DNA of 64,000 nucleotides from Rhizophagus irregularis. Lineage: Eukaryota. The notes below the pieces were generated by a model. The model did not search any database, was not told the DNA's origin, and saw only the letters and a program-made list of their open reading frames with translations. The position numbers and the translations under genes were made by a program. Positions 1 to 14,149 of this stretch are shown here, piece by piece (within the stretch, counting starts at the first letter, position 1; the number at the start of each line of letters is the position of its first letter). The stretch is taken from assembly GCF_026210795.1 (NCBI RefSeq), contig NC_089429.1, forward strand, positions 5,084,001 through 5,148,000, given 5' to 3'.

Positions 1-140
1 TTGATTTTTTCATTACAATTCTTATTTAAACAATCCTAAAATAACAACAAAGAATTATAATAAACAAAGATGAAACTTAATGGTAAATAATTGTCTTTCA
101 CAAAAGGCATGGCGTATACCGACTGTATCACACGCATCAC

Positions 141-560
141 ATTGCAGTAAATGATTATTGATATTTCCGTAATAGCGTTCACTCCGAAAATCATACATAT
201 GGACATACCATTTCATGTTTATTAGCTGCAGTAGTAAATGACTATTGATATTAATCGGAGTCTTTTATAGTGTTCACTTCGAAAATAATATATACCATCT
301 CACGCTTATTAACCGCAGTAGCAAATGATTGTTACTATTGATCGCAATATCTTTAATTGACCGTAATAGTGTTTACTTCGAAAATAATACTGTATAAAAT
401 AAAATAGATCAAGAAATTTCATACCATCTCACGCTTATTAACCGCAATACTATTGATTGCAGTAGTATCCTTTAATTGACCGTAGCAGCTACCGTAGTAG
501 TTCACATTTTATCACATTTATAAGTTTCAAAAATAATATAAATAGATCAAGAAATTTCAT
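141..560. repeat. Degenerate tandem repeat, about 4 copies of a roughly 100-130 bp unit
   Basis: Recurrent blocks gcagtag(t/c)aaatga(t/c)tattgat, gt(t/g)ttcact(c/t)cgaaaa and ataccat(t/c)tca(t/c)g(t/c)ttatta. Confidence 0.6.
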
Positions 561-3500
561 AACATTTTTGATTTCTACATCTTTGTGCATGGGTATTAAC
601 TGGCTAGTGAGGATTTTTATCTGAAGCCAGTTGTTTGCTATTTGCAAACTTCCCAATCGCATCATCTTTCGCAATAGTCGGAAGAGAATTTTTTTAAAAA
701 AGGGGAAACCCTATAAGAAATTTTAGCGGGTTGGGAGTGTAAAAATGTGAAGTGTAAATAATTTTTAGTATAGTACATCATATTTATTATACAATATGAT
801 TTTGTTACGAAATCCAATAATATTCGTTATCATCATCATAAATTATAGAAATACGCGAAAAAAAATAATAAATAATTGTTTTAACATAAAAATAACTCTT
901 TATTTAAGTGACTTCATATACAACTAATAAAATTTGTTCGACACAGTTCAAAAAAAAACAAGTATTTTTTTCTAATCTCGTAAAACTTCAATTTAACAAA
1001 CATTATTCCTTTTTATCGGAAGGATGTAAAATAATAATATATCGGTCAATAGTCAATACTCCCCCTCATTTTTTAGGAAATTTAATTGGTTTGATATAAA
1101 TGATATAAATGTATAGTAAATCTTTGTAATACGGGGGGTATAAACGTGGGGAAAGTTTATCAACTTTATCATTCATGCATTCTCTTTATATGCTGATATA
1201 CATCATTTTTCTCGGGTCCTTTACACCAAAAACTATGAGAATAAATTAATGTTTATCGGGATCTCTATTTGTGTAATTCGTTTAAATGAATAATAATTTT
1301 TCACCTTTTTTACCTTTGTAAAACATAATCAAAATATTCTCTCTCCCCCTGCAGCCCAAACATATTATAAAGAACTAGAACTCCGTTCGAACAAAGAAAT
1401 TAAAATCAACTCTATCATGATCAAAAGATAATGATCAAATTGGTCAATGCATAATGTGTTTTGCAACCTACGGAACTTGTATTTGTGAAACAGTTTGAAC
1501 AGTTTGGCGCTACTTTCATCACTGAGTTATCAGATGAATTGTATAGTATATACTAAACTAGTAATTTATAAATTCTAGGAATTTTCATTCATGTATTCTT
1601 ACGGGAAGATTAAATTTAGTATAGCGTTGAAGAACACTCATTTCGAGCAAAATATTGAATAATGAAATTCTTTAACGAGTACTAAAAATATTTTTCTATA
1701 AAATCATTATTTTTTCGCTCGAGAGTGGATTTTCCGGATCAACTTACGCAAAAATGCTTATAATTATATTATATACTGCTAACGTTCAAAATCTAATTTG
1801 AGAAGAGGATTAAGCCATGTATTGTTTAAAAATAACGATTTTTTATTAGTATTATGATAGCACAATATTTAAACATGACAAAGCATTTAACGATAATTGA
1901 ATCAAATCACACATTGATTAATCAACAATTTCCTTAAAACGTATAATAATATGCAATCTTTATTATTATTATTATTTATAATTATACTTCATATTATATA
2001 CAACATAGCAGATAGTAATTGTGAAAAAAAAAAATTAAAAATAATATTTTTTTTTTGTACATTTTAAACCAAAAAATTTTTCTAAATAAAAAAAGAAAGT
2101 CATTTTAGATTCTATATACACACTTTATTGCAGCAGGTCTTTTGATTGCGCCTCCACGCATAAGAAAATACCCGTTATCGGATGTTTATATATACAGTAT
2201 ATATATATATATAATGATATACTATCTTTTCAATATAACGCCACAAAAAAAAAAAAAAAAGTTTTTGTCTTATAAGTTAAAATAGGAAAAAAGAAAAAAA
2301 AATTATTTTAACTTTTTTTTTTTTTTAAATTTAGAACCGAAATTAATTACAGGGAACAAATCCGGAGAATTCTATTTTTTTTGTAAAATTGTATCATTCG
2401 ATGGGGTTGATCAAACAAAACAATGTAACCATTCCCTTACATTCTAAAAAAAAAATATAATACATATTATAATGAAGAACAAAATAATTACCATAAAAGG
2501 CTCATTTAATTTCTGAAGTGGAATTCCATATTTTTTCAAATGGCGTAGCGTGATTAAACATAAATTATTGGTAAATTTTATTTATAGAAATTGTGAAACA
2601 TGTAAATCCTAATGAGGTTTTTTTTTTTTTTTTGAGGAGAAAGCTAAATTTTTTACTGATTGACATTTGAATTTATGTCATTAAGTATCAGATGAAGAAC
2701 TAATTAATTAATTTTCTCCTTAATCTACGTTTTTTTTTTTAAGTAAAAAAAAATCATCATCTTTTAAACACATGATTGTTAAAATCCACCAATTATTTAA
2801 AAATTTCTATTAATAAAGTTTTTTTCGTTCAATTCTGTTGTGTAAATTAATTAAATTTTGTGATTCTTTTTTTAATATATTAAAATAGTCATTATAATAT
2901 ATTTTGTATATGTATTTTTAAAAATATTTAGGATTTTTACGAATTTAGAAATTTTAATTAATTACAAACAAATAATTTTAATTAAATCCGAAAAAAAAAA
3001 AAAATTTAAGATTTTTTTCTAAACCTTACTTCTTTTACTTCCCTTACTTCTCTTACTTTCCTTACTAGGATATTTATTATCATACTCGGATGACAATAAT
3101 GACAATATCAAAAAAATCATACAAGTCATACGATATCAGAATTTTTTTTCTCCGACAATCATTTGATTTATCCGATAACGAATTTGAGATTCCCGTTTAA
3201 TCTAGTCACATTTCGTTTTTAATTATAACGGAAAGATCTCAATATTGTCAAATAAAGAAATCTTTGATTCAAGATCTTTGTACAAGAAAAAAAAAAGAAA
3301 AGAATACAGTATGCAATATGCAATGAATAAACAGACTATCCACTAGTAATCGACATAAAATCGTGTGCCAAATATAAACAAAGAATTACTGAATATAGTT
3401 AACCAAATTATTAGAATCGATAACAGGTAAATTTTTTTACAACCGTTAATAATTTGCATTGGCTGAAATGTGATTAAAACTGCGAACAATTAATAATTTA

Positions 3501-4621
3501 TTTTAAGAAAGTTGATCTTTTGAAAAATATGAATTTTATTTTTTTTAATGTATCTCAACTATCCTTTAAACTTTATTGCTCTATTGAAATTAATTTGATT
3601 AATTTGTTGCGGTGTTTGCGGTGTTTGCGATATAAAAATAGCTCAATTAATGCAATAACATCTGGTTTGTCTGGTTCTTCCAAATTCTAATATTAAACCT
3701 ATAATAGGTAATTTAAAAAAAAAAGCGCATTTATGTAACATTTATTCCGAACCATTTATTTATCTCCTTATGAATTTCAATATTTAAATCCTATTCTCTT
3801 TGCTAATCATTTTTCTATAGATAAAAGTATATTAAATATAGAATAGAACGAAAAGGTTTAAAAAATTTTCATTGTCTTTGTTAAATATACTATTATAAAT
3901 TTATCCTTTGTTTTGCATATTCAAAGTTTTCCGCTATTTTAAATATTTTTTTTTTTTTTTTTTTATCAACAAAAAAAAAATTTAAAAGTGATTATTTGTT
4001 AGATAATTATCCATAAATAATATTTTATTCCTGCAGTGAAAAAGTCTTGGCAAAACATTACACATAATATAATATATAATATAATATATATAATATAATA
4101 TAATATTATATAATATAATTTAATATAATTTTACATTAGAATCGGCAATAGGTCGGTTGATGCGTTACGTGATCATTTAAGTTTGTTACTATTTTTATCT
4201 TAACCGCATGGTTAGCCAAATTTGGTGGAAAAATTATATTATAAGGTAACACAACAAAAAAAATTCTTTAATATATAAAAGTAACGGGGCCTTTAACTTT
4301 TTTTTTTTTTCCTCACTCTTGAGCGAATCTTGCAATCTAAGAATATATTTTTTATTTTATTTTTCATAATAGCTTTTTTTTAGCTAAAGATTTTCTAGAA
4401 AGCAATTTTTGTTCGTAAAAAAGAGTCTAATTGAAACTTTAACGTTTATTTTTTTCATAAAAAGCTTTTCTCAAAAAAAACCAAAAAAAACAATAACAAT
4501 AAATTCGTTTTCAATATAATATATATATTTTTTTTTTCGTAAAATTTTTTTCTTATAACGTCGTTATCATTTGATATATATTTCTTTTTTTTATTTTTTC
4601 ACGAAACTTTTTTTTAAAATA

Positions 4622-5365
4622 ATGAAATCTTCGACTTTTTTCGCTACTATTGTAGCTATTTCCGTTTTATTATTTTCCGTTGTACCTACGAACGCTTGTG
4701 AACAAAGTTGTCGTACTGGTATTTCATTAGCATTTGGAGACAATTACTCCATAGAGGTCGATAAGTTATTCCCAACACTCGAAGATAATTTAAAAGATAA
4801 TTGTCTTAAAGGATTTAGTGGAAGTGTTTCATCATCAACCAAATCATCATTTAACAAAATAATTGAAGATGAAACTGATAAATGTAAAAAAGCTTTCACG
4901 GATAATTTTGCAAAATTAATTGAGGATTCAATTTTCAATCAAGTTCCACAATTTAAAGGACAATGTCAACATCCATTAAGAGTTAATCAACCACCAGCAG
5001 GTGTTGCTTGGACTATGGAAGATTGTGAAAATCAAGATTATATTTGTGGTAATCCTCCAGCTGTTTGTCATTATATGGATCAATATGTTAAACCAAGAAA
5101 TGTTAAAAATGTTAATGAATCATTGAAAGATCGTCTTTCTTCTAATGGTTCTTGCTTTAGTTCTCTTGTAAGAAGTTTAATAATTGCTGCTGCTAAATCA
5201 AATATTAAAGCAAGTGACCTTGGATCACTTGCTCAAACTTTTGAAGATAATATTGAAGCACAATATAATGATTTTGTTAAATATTTTGAAGATGAATTTT
5301 GTAAAGGAACAACTTGTGATAAATATGACCATGATATTAAGGTCAAACTTTTGAGTTATCCTTAA
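4622..5365 (+). CDS. Secreted cysteine-rich protein (247 aa, single exon), unknown function
   Basis: ATG at 4622; hydrophobic signal peptide MKSSTFFATIVAISVLLFSVVPTNA; 11 Cys including a C..QDYICGNPPAVCH cluster; uninterrupted ORF. Confidence 0.85.
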   Translation: MKSSTFFATIVAISVLLFSVVPTNACEQSCRTGISLAFGDNYSIEVDKLFPTLEDNLKDNCLKGFSGSVSSSTKSSFNKIIEDETDKCKKAFTDNFAKLIEDSIFNQVPQFKGQCQHPLRVNQPPAGVAWTMEDCENQDYICGNPPAVCHYMDQYVKPRNVKNVNESLKDRLSSNGSCFSSLVRSLIIAAAKSNIKASDLGSLAQTFEDNIEAQYNDFVKYFEDEFCKGTTCDKYDHDIKVKLLSYP

Positions 5366-7949
5366 AAAGAAAAAACAATAACAATAATGAATATTTATAA
5401 ATATACATTTATTTTAATTTTTTTTAGTATTCTAATTTCCCCCCCTTTTTTTTAATTTTATTTTATTTTTTTTTTCGAAATTATACGAAAAATTTAACAC
5501 GCACATAAGTACATTTTTTTAATTTAGAAAAAAAACAAATTGAGATTCATTTTTAAACTTTTTATTTTTGCATTTTTTTTCCACATTTTTTTTCTTTTTT
5601 CTCTTTTTTTTTCTAATTTTTTAATATAGAAAGTGTGTTTTTTAAATTTTGAAATTGGTGTGTTTTTTTATTATTATTATTATATTTAGAAGAAGAAAAA
5701 AAATTTAATAAATTGTCAAATAAATTGAAATAGTTTTAATAATTAATTTAACTTGTTTAAAAAGTGGTGTTTTTTTTTTTTATTATTTTTGTCAAAAAGT
5801 GTTACAATCGATCTTGCCAAGAAATTAAAAAATTTTTTTAAATTTCGGCGATCAACGAAATGAATTTCCTTTTCTTGTCCAATAAGTTATGAGTACAAAA
5901 TCAATTACATGCATATTAAAAAGAAAAAATTGTGTTAAGACTTTAAGAAGTACGATACGAGAATTTTAGAGCTCAATCAAAAAAAAAAAAATTTTAGATT
6001 TTGAATTTTTTTTTACGAGACAAAGTACGAGGAAGTAAATTAAGTAGTAGTGGTAAAACTTTTTGATATGTAGCTGTTAAGAAATTGAATTATTTGAACG
6101 GCCGATTCTTAATCTAGGTTAGGGATTTCCTTATATGGTTCAAAAATTATATTATTAACAAATAAGATCATTTTATATATTGTAACGCTTTTTTAAAAAA
6201 TTGTTTTGGTTTCACCACCTTCCTTTTGTTACCGTATATTTTTAGTTTTGAAACGGTAATATATTTTAGGTTTTGAACAATTTATAATTTATGATGTTAG
6301 CCAAAAATAAGCATAGTACAAAAATTAAAATATTAATTATACGTTTACAAGCCTAAAGTTCAATCGAAATTCATATTAATTGATTATACATTTACAAGCC
6401 CAGAGTTCAATCGGAATTGACTAAACTTTTATCACATAAAAATATTAAAAATATTAAAAAATACTGAATCATTGAGTTTCCGCGAATATTTATGAAAATG
6501 CTTTCTTAAAGGCTCTAAATACACCCAATTCAATAATTGTCCGAAACAGGAGCGAAATACTACGAAATTTTCGTCTATCTTACATGATTTACGCACACGT
6601 GATCAAGTGTATATACTTGTTAAATTTTGGTGTTAAATTTAACTTTATAACTTTCAATACTATTGGCGTGTTTAAAAGCTTAATAAACTTAATAATGAAT
6701 TTAGCAAATTTAATCTGAGATTATAAACAATTTCACAATTTCACAACCTAAAGAATGATTGATATCATTCATTTTTCTTCTTTGTTGAATAAAGAATCCC
6801 TTTGTTAAACAACGAATATCATATTGGTATATTTATCTGCGTCTCGTTTATTGAATCACCTCATCCATATGATTCGTGTTAATTTTGGGCAAAGCCCAGG
6901 CTGCCCAGTTTCACTGGAATAATGGTTTCCCGTATTCATGTGGTAAAGCTTCTCAAGTTTTGTTTTTTTATCCGACAAAAAAAAACACAATTACAATTAA
7001 AAAAAGAAAAATCCTTAGTATGAGATCAAGTTGTGCAGTGTGCCCTTTGATTTCGTAAATTAGGTGTTTCGTTATAGATGTTTTGACTGGTCGCTCAAAG
7101 ATGGGTTTACCACATCGGACTTGAGGAACTCAAGGCAGTGTAATTGGTATATCTCGCCTAGTTATTACTGTAAGGATTGTAAGGATCGAAATCACCGGAT
7201 ATACGGACTAGTTGGTAAGTAATACTTATACACATTTTAGTTATACACATTTTAGTTATACATTTTCGAAATTTCGTTTCGTCATGCATTTTGTTTCCCG
7301 AAAAATCCTATAATTTGGTCAATTCTATAATTGTTATCCGGTCACTTAATGGTTGGCTTCTTGGCAAAGAAGTCTTGTTAAGAAGCTAATGCGTATTATC
7401 ATTATCATATAATAAATAGATTTTAGATTTTGCGATATTTTATACCTAGGCTGCTAGGCATTTTTGGAGATCGAATTATAGCCCGGGATCATTTAGGCTT
7501 AGCCGAAAAAAATAATTTATACCACTGTTATCATATGACACACTGAACAAATGTAGTTACTGGTCACGGTCTCGTTTTCCCTATTGATTATAGTCTATTA
7601 ATCGCATCGTTCCATATTTGGATTAACCCCTATGAAGAAATATTATTTGGATTTCGAAAATACAAACCATCTTTCTTTGTTCACTAGGGGATCCGCTTTC
7701 CGGAAGGTATACAGATCAAATCTCCTGGAAATTAGTTGTCTTTAGCTGTAGAAGTTACGAAATAATCCAGGCATAGTGAATTCTGTTCGTGATTTTTGGC
7801 GGAATATTCTTCTAACTAGAGTGAAGAGTTACACGAGATATAAGAGTTACACGAGATATATTTCATAAGACCAATTTCTATAAATGTTGTTTCAATTATA
7901 CAACTTAAAATAAACGACTTAAAAAAATCTTTATTATTTAGTATTACAT

Positions 7950-9600
7950 ATTCCCCCCCTTTTCTCTTCACTCGCTCTTCCCTTTTTCCTTCTCTATTGC
8001 CCTTCCTTTCATTCTTTCAAACAGAAAGTGGACGCGATTTTGGTAGGGAAGGTAAGCATTTCTTCATTACTTTTTATTTTATTTGCTCTTCCAATGAACA
8101 GTTACTAACAGTTCGTTTGTTTTCCTATTTAGACAGTGGCTTTTTGGCTCCTTTGAACGCGTAAATTCCTCTTTTTTTTAGGTATTTGTTGTCAATTTCG
8201 GAGACTCTTGTAAAAATGGAGGTGGATATATTTTTTTATATTTTTTGTTTTTTAGTCTTAGTCTAATCTTTCCCTAATTTTTTTTAGGGTTTGTTTTCAT
8301 TTCGAACTTTGAACACATGGGGTGGTTTCTTCTTAATAATTTCTATTAACGAAACGTCTTCTAACGTTTCTTTCTTTCTTTTTTTTTTAGACGAGCCTGG
8401 ACACGTGAGATTTCGGTAAGTTCTTGTTTTTTCTTTTAAAAAATCTTTTTAGCGAAACGTTTGTTAACGTTTCAGTTTTTCTTTTACCCATTTTTTAGAC
8501 GACCGGTTCTTTAGATCTTCAGGCGCATGGAATTTTGGTAGGGATTTCGATGGACTTCTTTTGTATTGTTTTATTTAGAAACATTAACTGATGTTTCGTC
8601 ATTTTCTTTTTTTTTTAGATGGATCTGGAGAGTGTGAGAATCAAATCAATCTTTTGTTTTTACCAAAATTTATTTTAACGAAACGTTTACTAACGTTTCG
8701 ATTTTCTTTTTTTTTAGATGGTCAGGTCTTTAGAGCGTGGAATTTTAGTGGGTTAATTTATTTCTTTTGGAAATCTTGGTAGGCCATTTTATTTTTTCTT
8801 TGATGAAACGTTTATTAACATTTCTATTTTTATCTTTTTTTTAGATGATTTCTTCAAATATCTATAAATGTGGACTTCGGTAAGGGTTTATTGCTTATGA
8901 ACTATCTCTTTAACGAAACGTTTATTAACGTTCAAATTTTTTTCTTATGTAGCTTTGTTACAGCACCCTGGTCTGGCGTTAAAATTTTTTTTTTAGGTTT
9001 TTTTACTTTTAATAAAACGGAATGTCTAATAATATTTCATTCTTTTATTCATGCAGTTTAACACTGGTTCTTAGGATTCAGGAAGTCAGATTGCGGTAAG
9101 TACCTTAATTTTTTTATATTTTTTATTTTTAATAAAATGAAACATTTACTAACGTTTCTTTCGTTTTTTTTTCTTTTGCAGTTGTAAATTTTAGGTGGCT
9201 CTTAGTAAGTTTTTCTTGATTTTTTTTTGATCTTAATGAATTTAACGAAAATTAGTTAATGCTTCTTTTTTTCTTTTGTAGGTCTTGTATGACTTTGAGC
9301 GCGGATTTCAAGTGAGTTCTTTTTTTTTTTACTTTATTCAATGAAACGTTTACTAACGTTTCATTTTGCAGTTTGTAAGTTGTTTATTAGACAGACTTAC
9401 ATGGATTTTGGGGAGTGGATTTTTTTCTTTAACATTATTTTTCAACGAAACGTTACTGACATCAGTTTCGTTTTTTCCTCTTTTTTTATCGATAACTGGC
9501 GTGTTGGAGTTCTGTATGGTTTCTTTTGAATTATTTCTTTTGCGAAACAATTACTCTGTTTCGTTTTTTTTCTTTTTTCCTTGTAGGAAGCTGTCCCCGT
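7950..9600 (+). other. Micro-exon/hairpin-branchpoint intron array 1 (about 14 units, probably a non-coding transcript)
   Basis: CT-rich leader 7951-8020, then repeated GT(A/G)AG ... GAAACGTT-TACT-AACGTTTC-like hairpin ... poly(T)-(T/C)AG units with 20-45 nt exons, e.g. exon 8391-8415 and perfect stems at 8679-8700 and 9340-9365. Confidence 0.7.
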
Positions 9601-9840
9601 TAAAATAAATTTATGGGCAATTTTTATCATAAAAAAAATTACCAGTGATCAAATGAGAATGGAATAACATCTATTAGCTTTTTTTTATTAGTAAACGTAA
9701 AATAGCGCAATAATAAATATATTTTTTTTATACATTTAATTAAATACATAAATATATGTGATATGTCATGTGATAATATATCATGGGTTACATAAGCTTT
9801 TTCTTGATTCACAGCATGGGCTGCGTGATACATGTACTGT

Positions 9841-10600
9841 ATTAGGATACGCCAATGAAGGAGTTACTTAAAAGTAAAATTTGATTCACTTGAATGGGGA
9901 GACAAGATTCGAATGGCTTTGGATATTACATGTGGATTAAAATGTTTACACTCAAAGAAGATAATTCATAGAGACTTGGTAAATCTGTGGTTTATTTTTT
10001 TATAATATTTGTTTAAATGGGGATAATTTTTAATAACATAAATAATTTACTTTAAAGCATTCAAAAAATATATTAGTGAATAATGGTAGATTATTAATTG
10101 CGGACTTTGGATTATCTAAACATTTAACAGATGCTACGTCTAATTCAACGGGTAATAGAACAGGAATTACCGAATATATTGACCCACGATGTTTTAGGGA
10201 CTTTAAATATGTAAGGCGTGAAAAGTCTGATATTTATAGTTTAGGTATTTTATTATGGGAAATTACAAGCGGACGACCTCCTTTTCATGACGATAACGTC
10301 TCACAAGCACAAGATGACTCAGAACAAAGTAATTTGCGTTATCACATTGGTCACTTGAATCTTAGAGAAAAACCAATTGATGGTACACCTTTAGAGTATC
10401 AACAACTTTATCAAAAATGTTGGGATGGTGATCCAGAGAAAAGACCTGATGTTAATCAAGTATATAATGAAATTTTGTGTCAATATAATGCTGATGATAT
10501 CCACGAAAAACATGAAGATTTCTCTAGCAGTAATAGTCATGATAATTTAAATATATCATCAGACTATTCAGAGCCATACTTAGGAAGTGAGTTTGATTGA
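9841..10600 (+). pseudogene. 5'-truncated tyrosine-kinase-like (TKL) protein kinase, C-lobe fragment
   Basis: YANEG...IIHRDL, intron 9979-10057, then HSKNIL...IADFGLSK...YIDP...SDIYSLGILLWEI...CWDGDPEKRP; N-lobe absent; small deletion near 9860. Confidence 0.8.
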
Positions 10601-10999
10601 CTGTACTTCAAAAAAAAGTTAATAAATGTTTTGATTATCAGGGAATTTTGCCACAGTTTTATTAAGTTTTTTATTAAATTCAAACGATATTATTAAGTTG
10701 ATCTGAACTAATATAATGGAAACGGAAAGGTTATGGTTATGAATTTACTTTATATACAAAAAAAAAGATAAATAATAAATAAATTAAACCATAGATTATC
10801 AATTATCCTCATAAGTTCATGCAGATTTAATATTATTGTTGTTTTGGTCGGTTGGCATAATAATAAAAAAATTCCCGATAATATTATCACTACGTGCCGC
10901 ATTTGACTACGATTTGGTTAGATCATTCCAATGATATATAAATACAATATGTAATTATAAAATATGTCCGTAGAATCACGCAAGCTTTGAAGTTTTTGA

Positions 11000-11384
11000 T
11001 TTAAATGATTTCAATGTTATAAAAAATTGATTCCTTGACTAAAAATTAGCTTATTTTCAAAAATTCATTCAGTAGTTGTTGAGAAATCCAAAATCGGCAA
11101 AATTGATGGATTTCTCAACAACTGCTGATCGAATCTTTCTGATATTTAAGTCAAAGAATTGATTTTTAGCATCTATTTTACTCTAGCTGTTCTGGTTAAA
11201 AAGTTGAAAATTTTTTTCACTTCGAAAATTGAATATTTATACACAATTTTATTATTAATTACGTGAAAAAATGTTCATAAAATGTATTTTACATTTCTCA
11301 TTCTAATATAAATATAAAAATATTAATGAAAACAGTGGAATTTATTTTATTTTTAAGTGGTCGGTCACTTTTTGTAACCCACTG
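11000..11384. mobile_element. Fold-back/Tc1-like non-autonomous element remnant (one terminus only)
   Basis: Internal inverted repeat centred near 11098 (tcagtagttgttgagaaatcca / tggatttctcaacaactgctga); right end ...tttgtaacccACTG followed by TA; matching left TIR not found. Confidence 0.45.
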
Positions 11385-11899
11385 TACATCACTTCGGACT
11401 TTAATAACGCACTGGAAACTTAACGTTAAGGATCGTAAAGAAAGGGAAAGATTCCAGGCAAAATTTACCTACCCAGACAACATCGACTATAATGCCTTAT
11501 TTTAACGACAAGCCCTTACTTCTTTTCTTGCGGATTGTAAGGTTAAAGCACATGTTTGCATTAAACAAAATGGGAAACAAATCTGGATACTTTATTTTGA
11601 GTCGCACAACGACCTCCAAGCTTTTCTGGATATCGAGCAACCAATAAAGATGACCGCCTCCTACGCTCCCATTAAGAAAAATCCATGTCCTACCCAAACA
11701 AATTGTCAAATGGTTGAGCATAGTAATGAAGTCCAAGCAAATTGAAAAAACTGAATTGTCTTTAAGTAATTTGAGAATTCATAAAAAAATGAATACAAAT
11801 TATTTTTCAGAGATGAATTATATTAATTAGTCGAAATTTATTTATAGAAATTTGGAAGAATTTGATATTACTGTCCTACTGGATTTGGATTTAGAAAAT

Positions 11900-13850
11900 T
11901 TTCGAATTTTTTGCCGCGTGTAAAAGCCTATGATGAAGAGAGTAGAGATAGCTGACATAGCCTTAAAAAATTTAAAGGATAATAGAAAAGAAAATTCAGG
12001 ATATTTTTCAAAAAGAAATTATTATATTGATTTATGTAGTTTAGTTGTTATTGATAAAATGATAAAATGCGAAAATTTATTGCAAAATTAATTATTATAA
12101 AACTAAAAATATTTATGAAAACTCTAAATATTTAAATGATGAGTTTGATTCTATCGTTCAACCTCTGAAATTTTCTTTAATAATTTCATCTGTAGCAGTA
12201 GTCTATACTGGAATCGAAACCGCATCTATTAAAAGTAGAAGTATTATTTGCAAATTTTTTACCACTTATAAAAAAAATTGAGCGAATTTTACAGTATATT
12301 TAAATGGTTAAAATTTGTAAGTCAATAAAAAGACATGTGAAGCAATATTAGAGAGAGTAAAAATGGCCAATACAGCTGTAAATAATTTAAAAATTCTAAA
12401 ATTCGAAAATTCGAAATTTAGAATTTTTTTTTTCATAAAAAAAAAATTACAATATTAGAGTTATCAATAATTTCTCAAATGATAAAAATATTGAAAAAAA
12501 AATTTTAAATTAGATGACGAGTTTAAACTATGCTTCAACTTCTGCAAATAATGATGATATTATGATATTGAAGAGATGAAATTTTAACTTTTCCAATTTC
12601 TTTCATTTCTTTTAAAAATTACTTATCATTGCTCAATATAGGAGTGGATTAAAAAAAAATTAATAGAAGAAGATATTAATTATTTTGAATATAGCAAATT
12701 TAATGACTTTAAAGAAAAAGGTTTGGTATCGTAAATAAGGTGGTAACTGATGATGGAATGAAAGTTGCACTTAAAGTCCTTATCGATAAGAAAACTTTAA
12801 TAATCAAAGAGGATGATATTAAAAAGATTGTAAATAAGATAAAAAGTTTATTTAAATCAATTTTACTGTAAAAGCGACATATGTAAATTTAAATTCAATA
12901 TATTATACCCATTATTCTTTACTCAGATAAAACTTGTCCGTATTATTAGTTTTCATCAAAATATCAACGGTTTCCTTGGAATAACAAAAGTAAGGTGTGT
13001 GTTAAATTTTTTTAATAATACAGTGACACCTCTCTAAGTGCACCCTCCTTGGGACCATAGTAAAAAAATAGTAGAATGTGCACTTAGAGAGGGTGTGCAT
13101 TTATAGAGAGTAAAATATTAAGAGCTCTTATAAGTTGGGACTTGGGACCAGGCCCACCGTGCACTTAAAGAGAATTTATATAGTGCGTGCATTTATAGAG
13201 GGTGCACTTATAGAGGTGTCATTGTATAAGTAATTTAATAACATAATTACATTAATTATATTTAAATGAATAGATGATATTGGAAATTATTGAATACGCC
13301 AACGAAGGAAATTTAAGAGATTATTTAAATGAAAAATTTGATTCATTACAATGGGAAAATAAGATTCAAATGGCATTTGATATTACAAGTGGATTAAAGT
13401 GTTTACACTCCAAAAACATAATCCATAGACACCTGGTAAACCAGTAATTTATTTTTTTATAATACATTGTTTAAAAGTATTGTTTCTTTAATAATATTAA
13501 TAATTATCTTTATAGCACTCAAAAAACATATAAGTGAATAATGGTAGATTATTGATTTCAGCCTTTTCAGACTTTAGATTATCTAATTTAATGGGTAATA
13601 GAACGAAATTGTCGAATATATTGACTCACAATGTTTTAAGGATATTAAATATGTAAGGAGCAAAAAGTCTGATATTTATAGTTTAGGTGTTTTATTATGG
13701 AAAAATACAAGCGGACGACCTCCTTTTCTTGACGATAACGTCTCACAAGATGAAAGTAATTTACGTTATCACATTAGTCACTTGAATCTTAGAGAAGAAC
13801 CAATTGAAGGTACAGTACACCTTTAGGGTATCAAAAATGTTGGAACCGAT
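11900..13850 (+). pseudogene. Decayed MLKL-NTD-like + TKL kinase gene, paralogue of 9841-10600
   Basis: Frameshifted remnants of NKKTCEAILERVK, KVALK, EYANEGNLRDYL, IIHRHL and KSDIYSLGVLLW; introns at positions equivalent to the paralogues. Confidence 0.75.
13021..13224. mobile_element. Tc1/mariner-pogo-type MITE (204 bp) in a kinase intron
   Basis: 27-bp TIRs cagtgacacctctctaagtgcaccctc (2 mismatches); TA on both sides (13019-20, 13225-26). Confidence 0.9.
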
Positions 13851-14149
13851 ATTGATCATCGCCTTATAGATCTAGTTCTTGTTGTACAGTTTTCGCAAGC
13901 AGTAATTTTAAAAATTTAATGTTGTTCAATTAAGAATATATTTAAAAATATTAAAAGTAATGATAAGTAGTGAACGTGTCATTAATAATAAAACTTACAA
14001 GTGTTGATTTTTCTTTTATTACTTTATTTATTTAACATGACAGATACAAATAAAATCTTTTGTATATACACTTTTTCCAAATGTATAAAATAAATGTTAC
14101 CTATCTAAAAACCTATCTAAAAAACTATAATTTCTATTTTTGATACTAT

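Noticed and set aside
6870..7850. Higher-GC non-coding stretch, considered as an ncRNA or the left end of an element carrying array 1
   Set aside because: No recognisable RNA motif and no TIR matching the ACTG|TA junction at 9836-9841
8591..9630. Several 60-80 aa Phe- or Lys-rich ORFs
   Set aside because: Artefacts of poly(T) intron tracts in array 1
11386..11740. Short higher-GC coding-like fragment, possibly a retroelement piece
   Set aside because: No diagnostic motif; cannot be assigned
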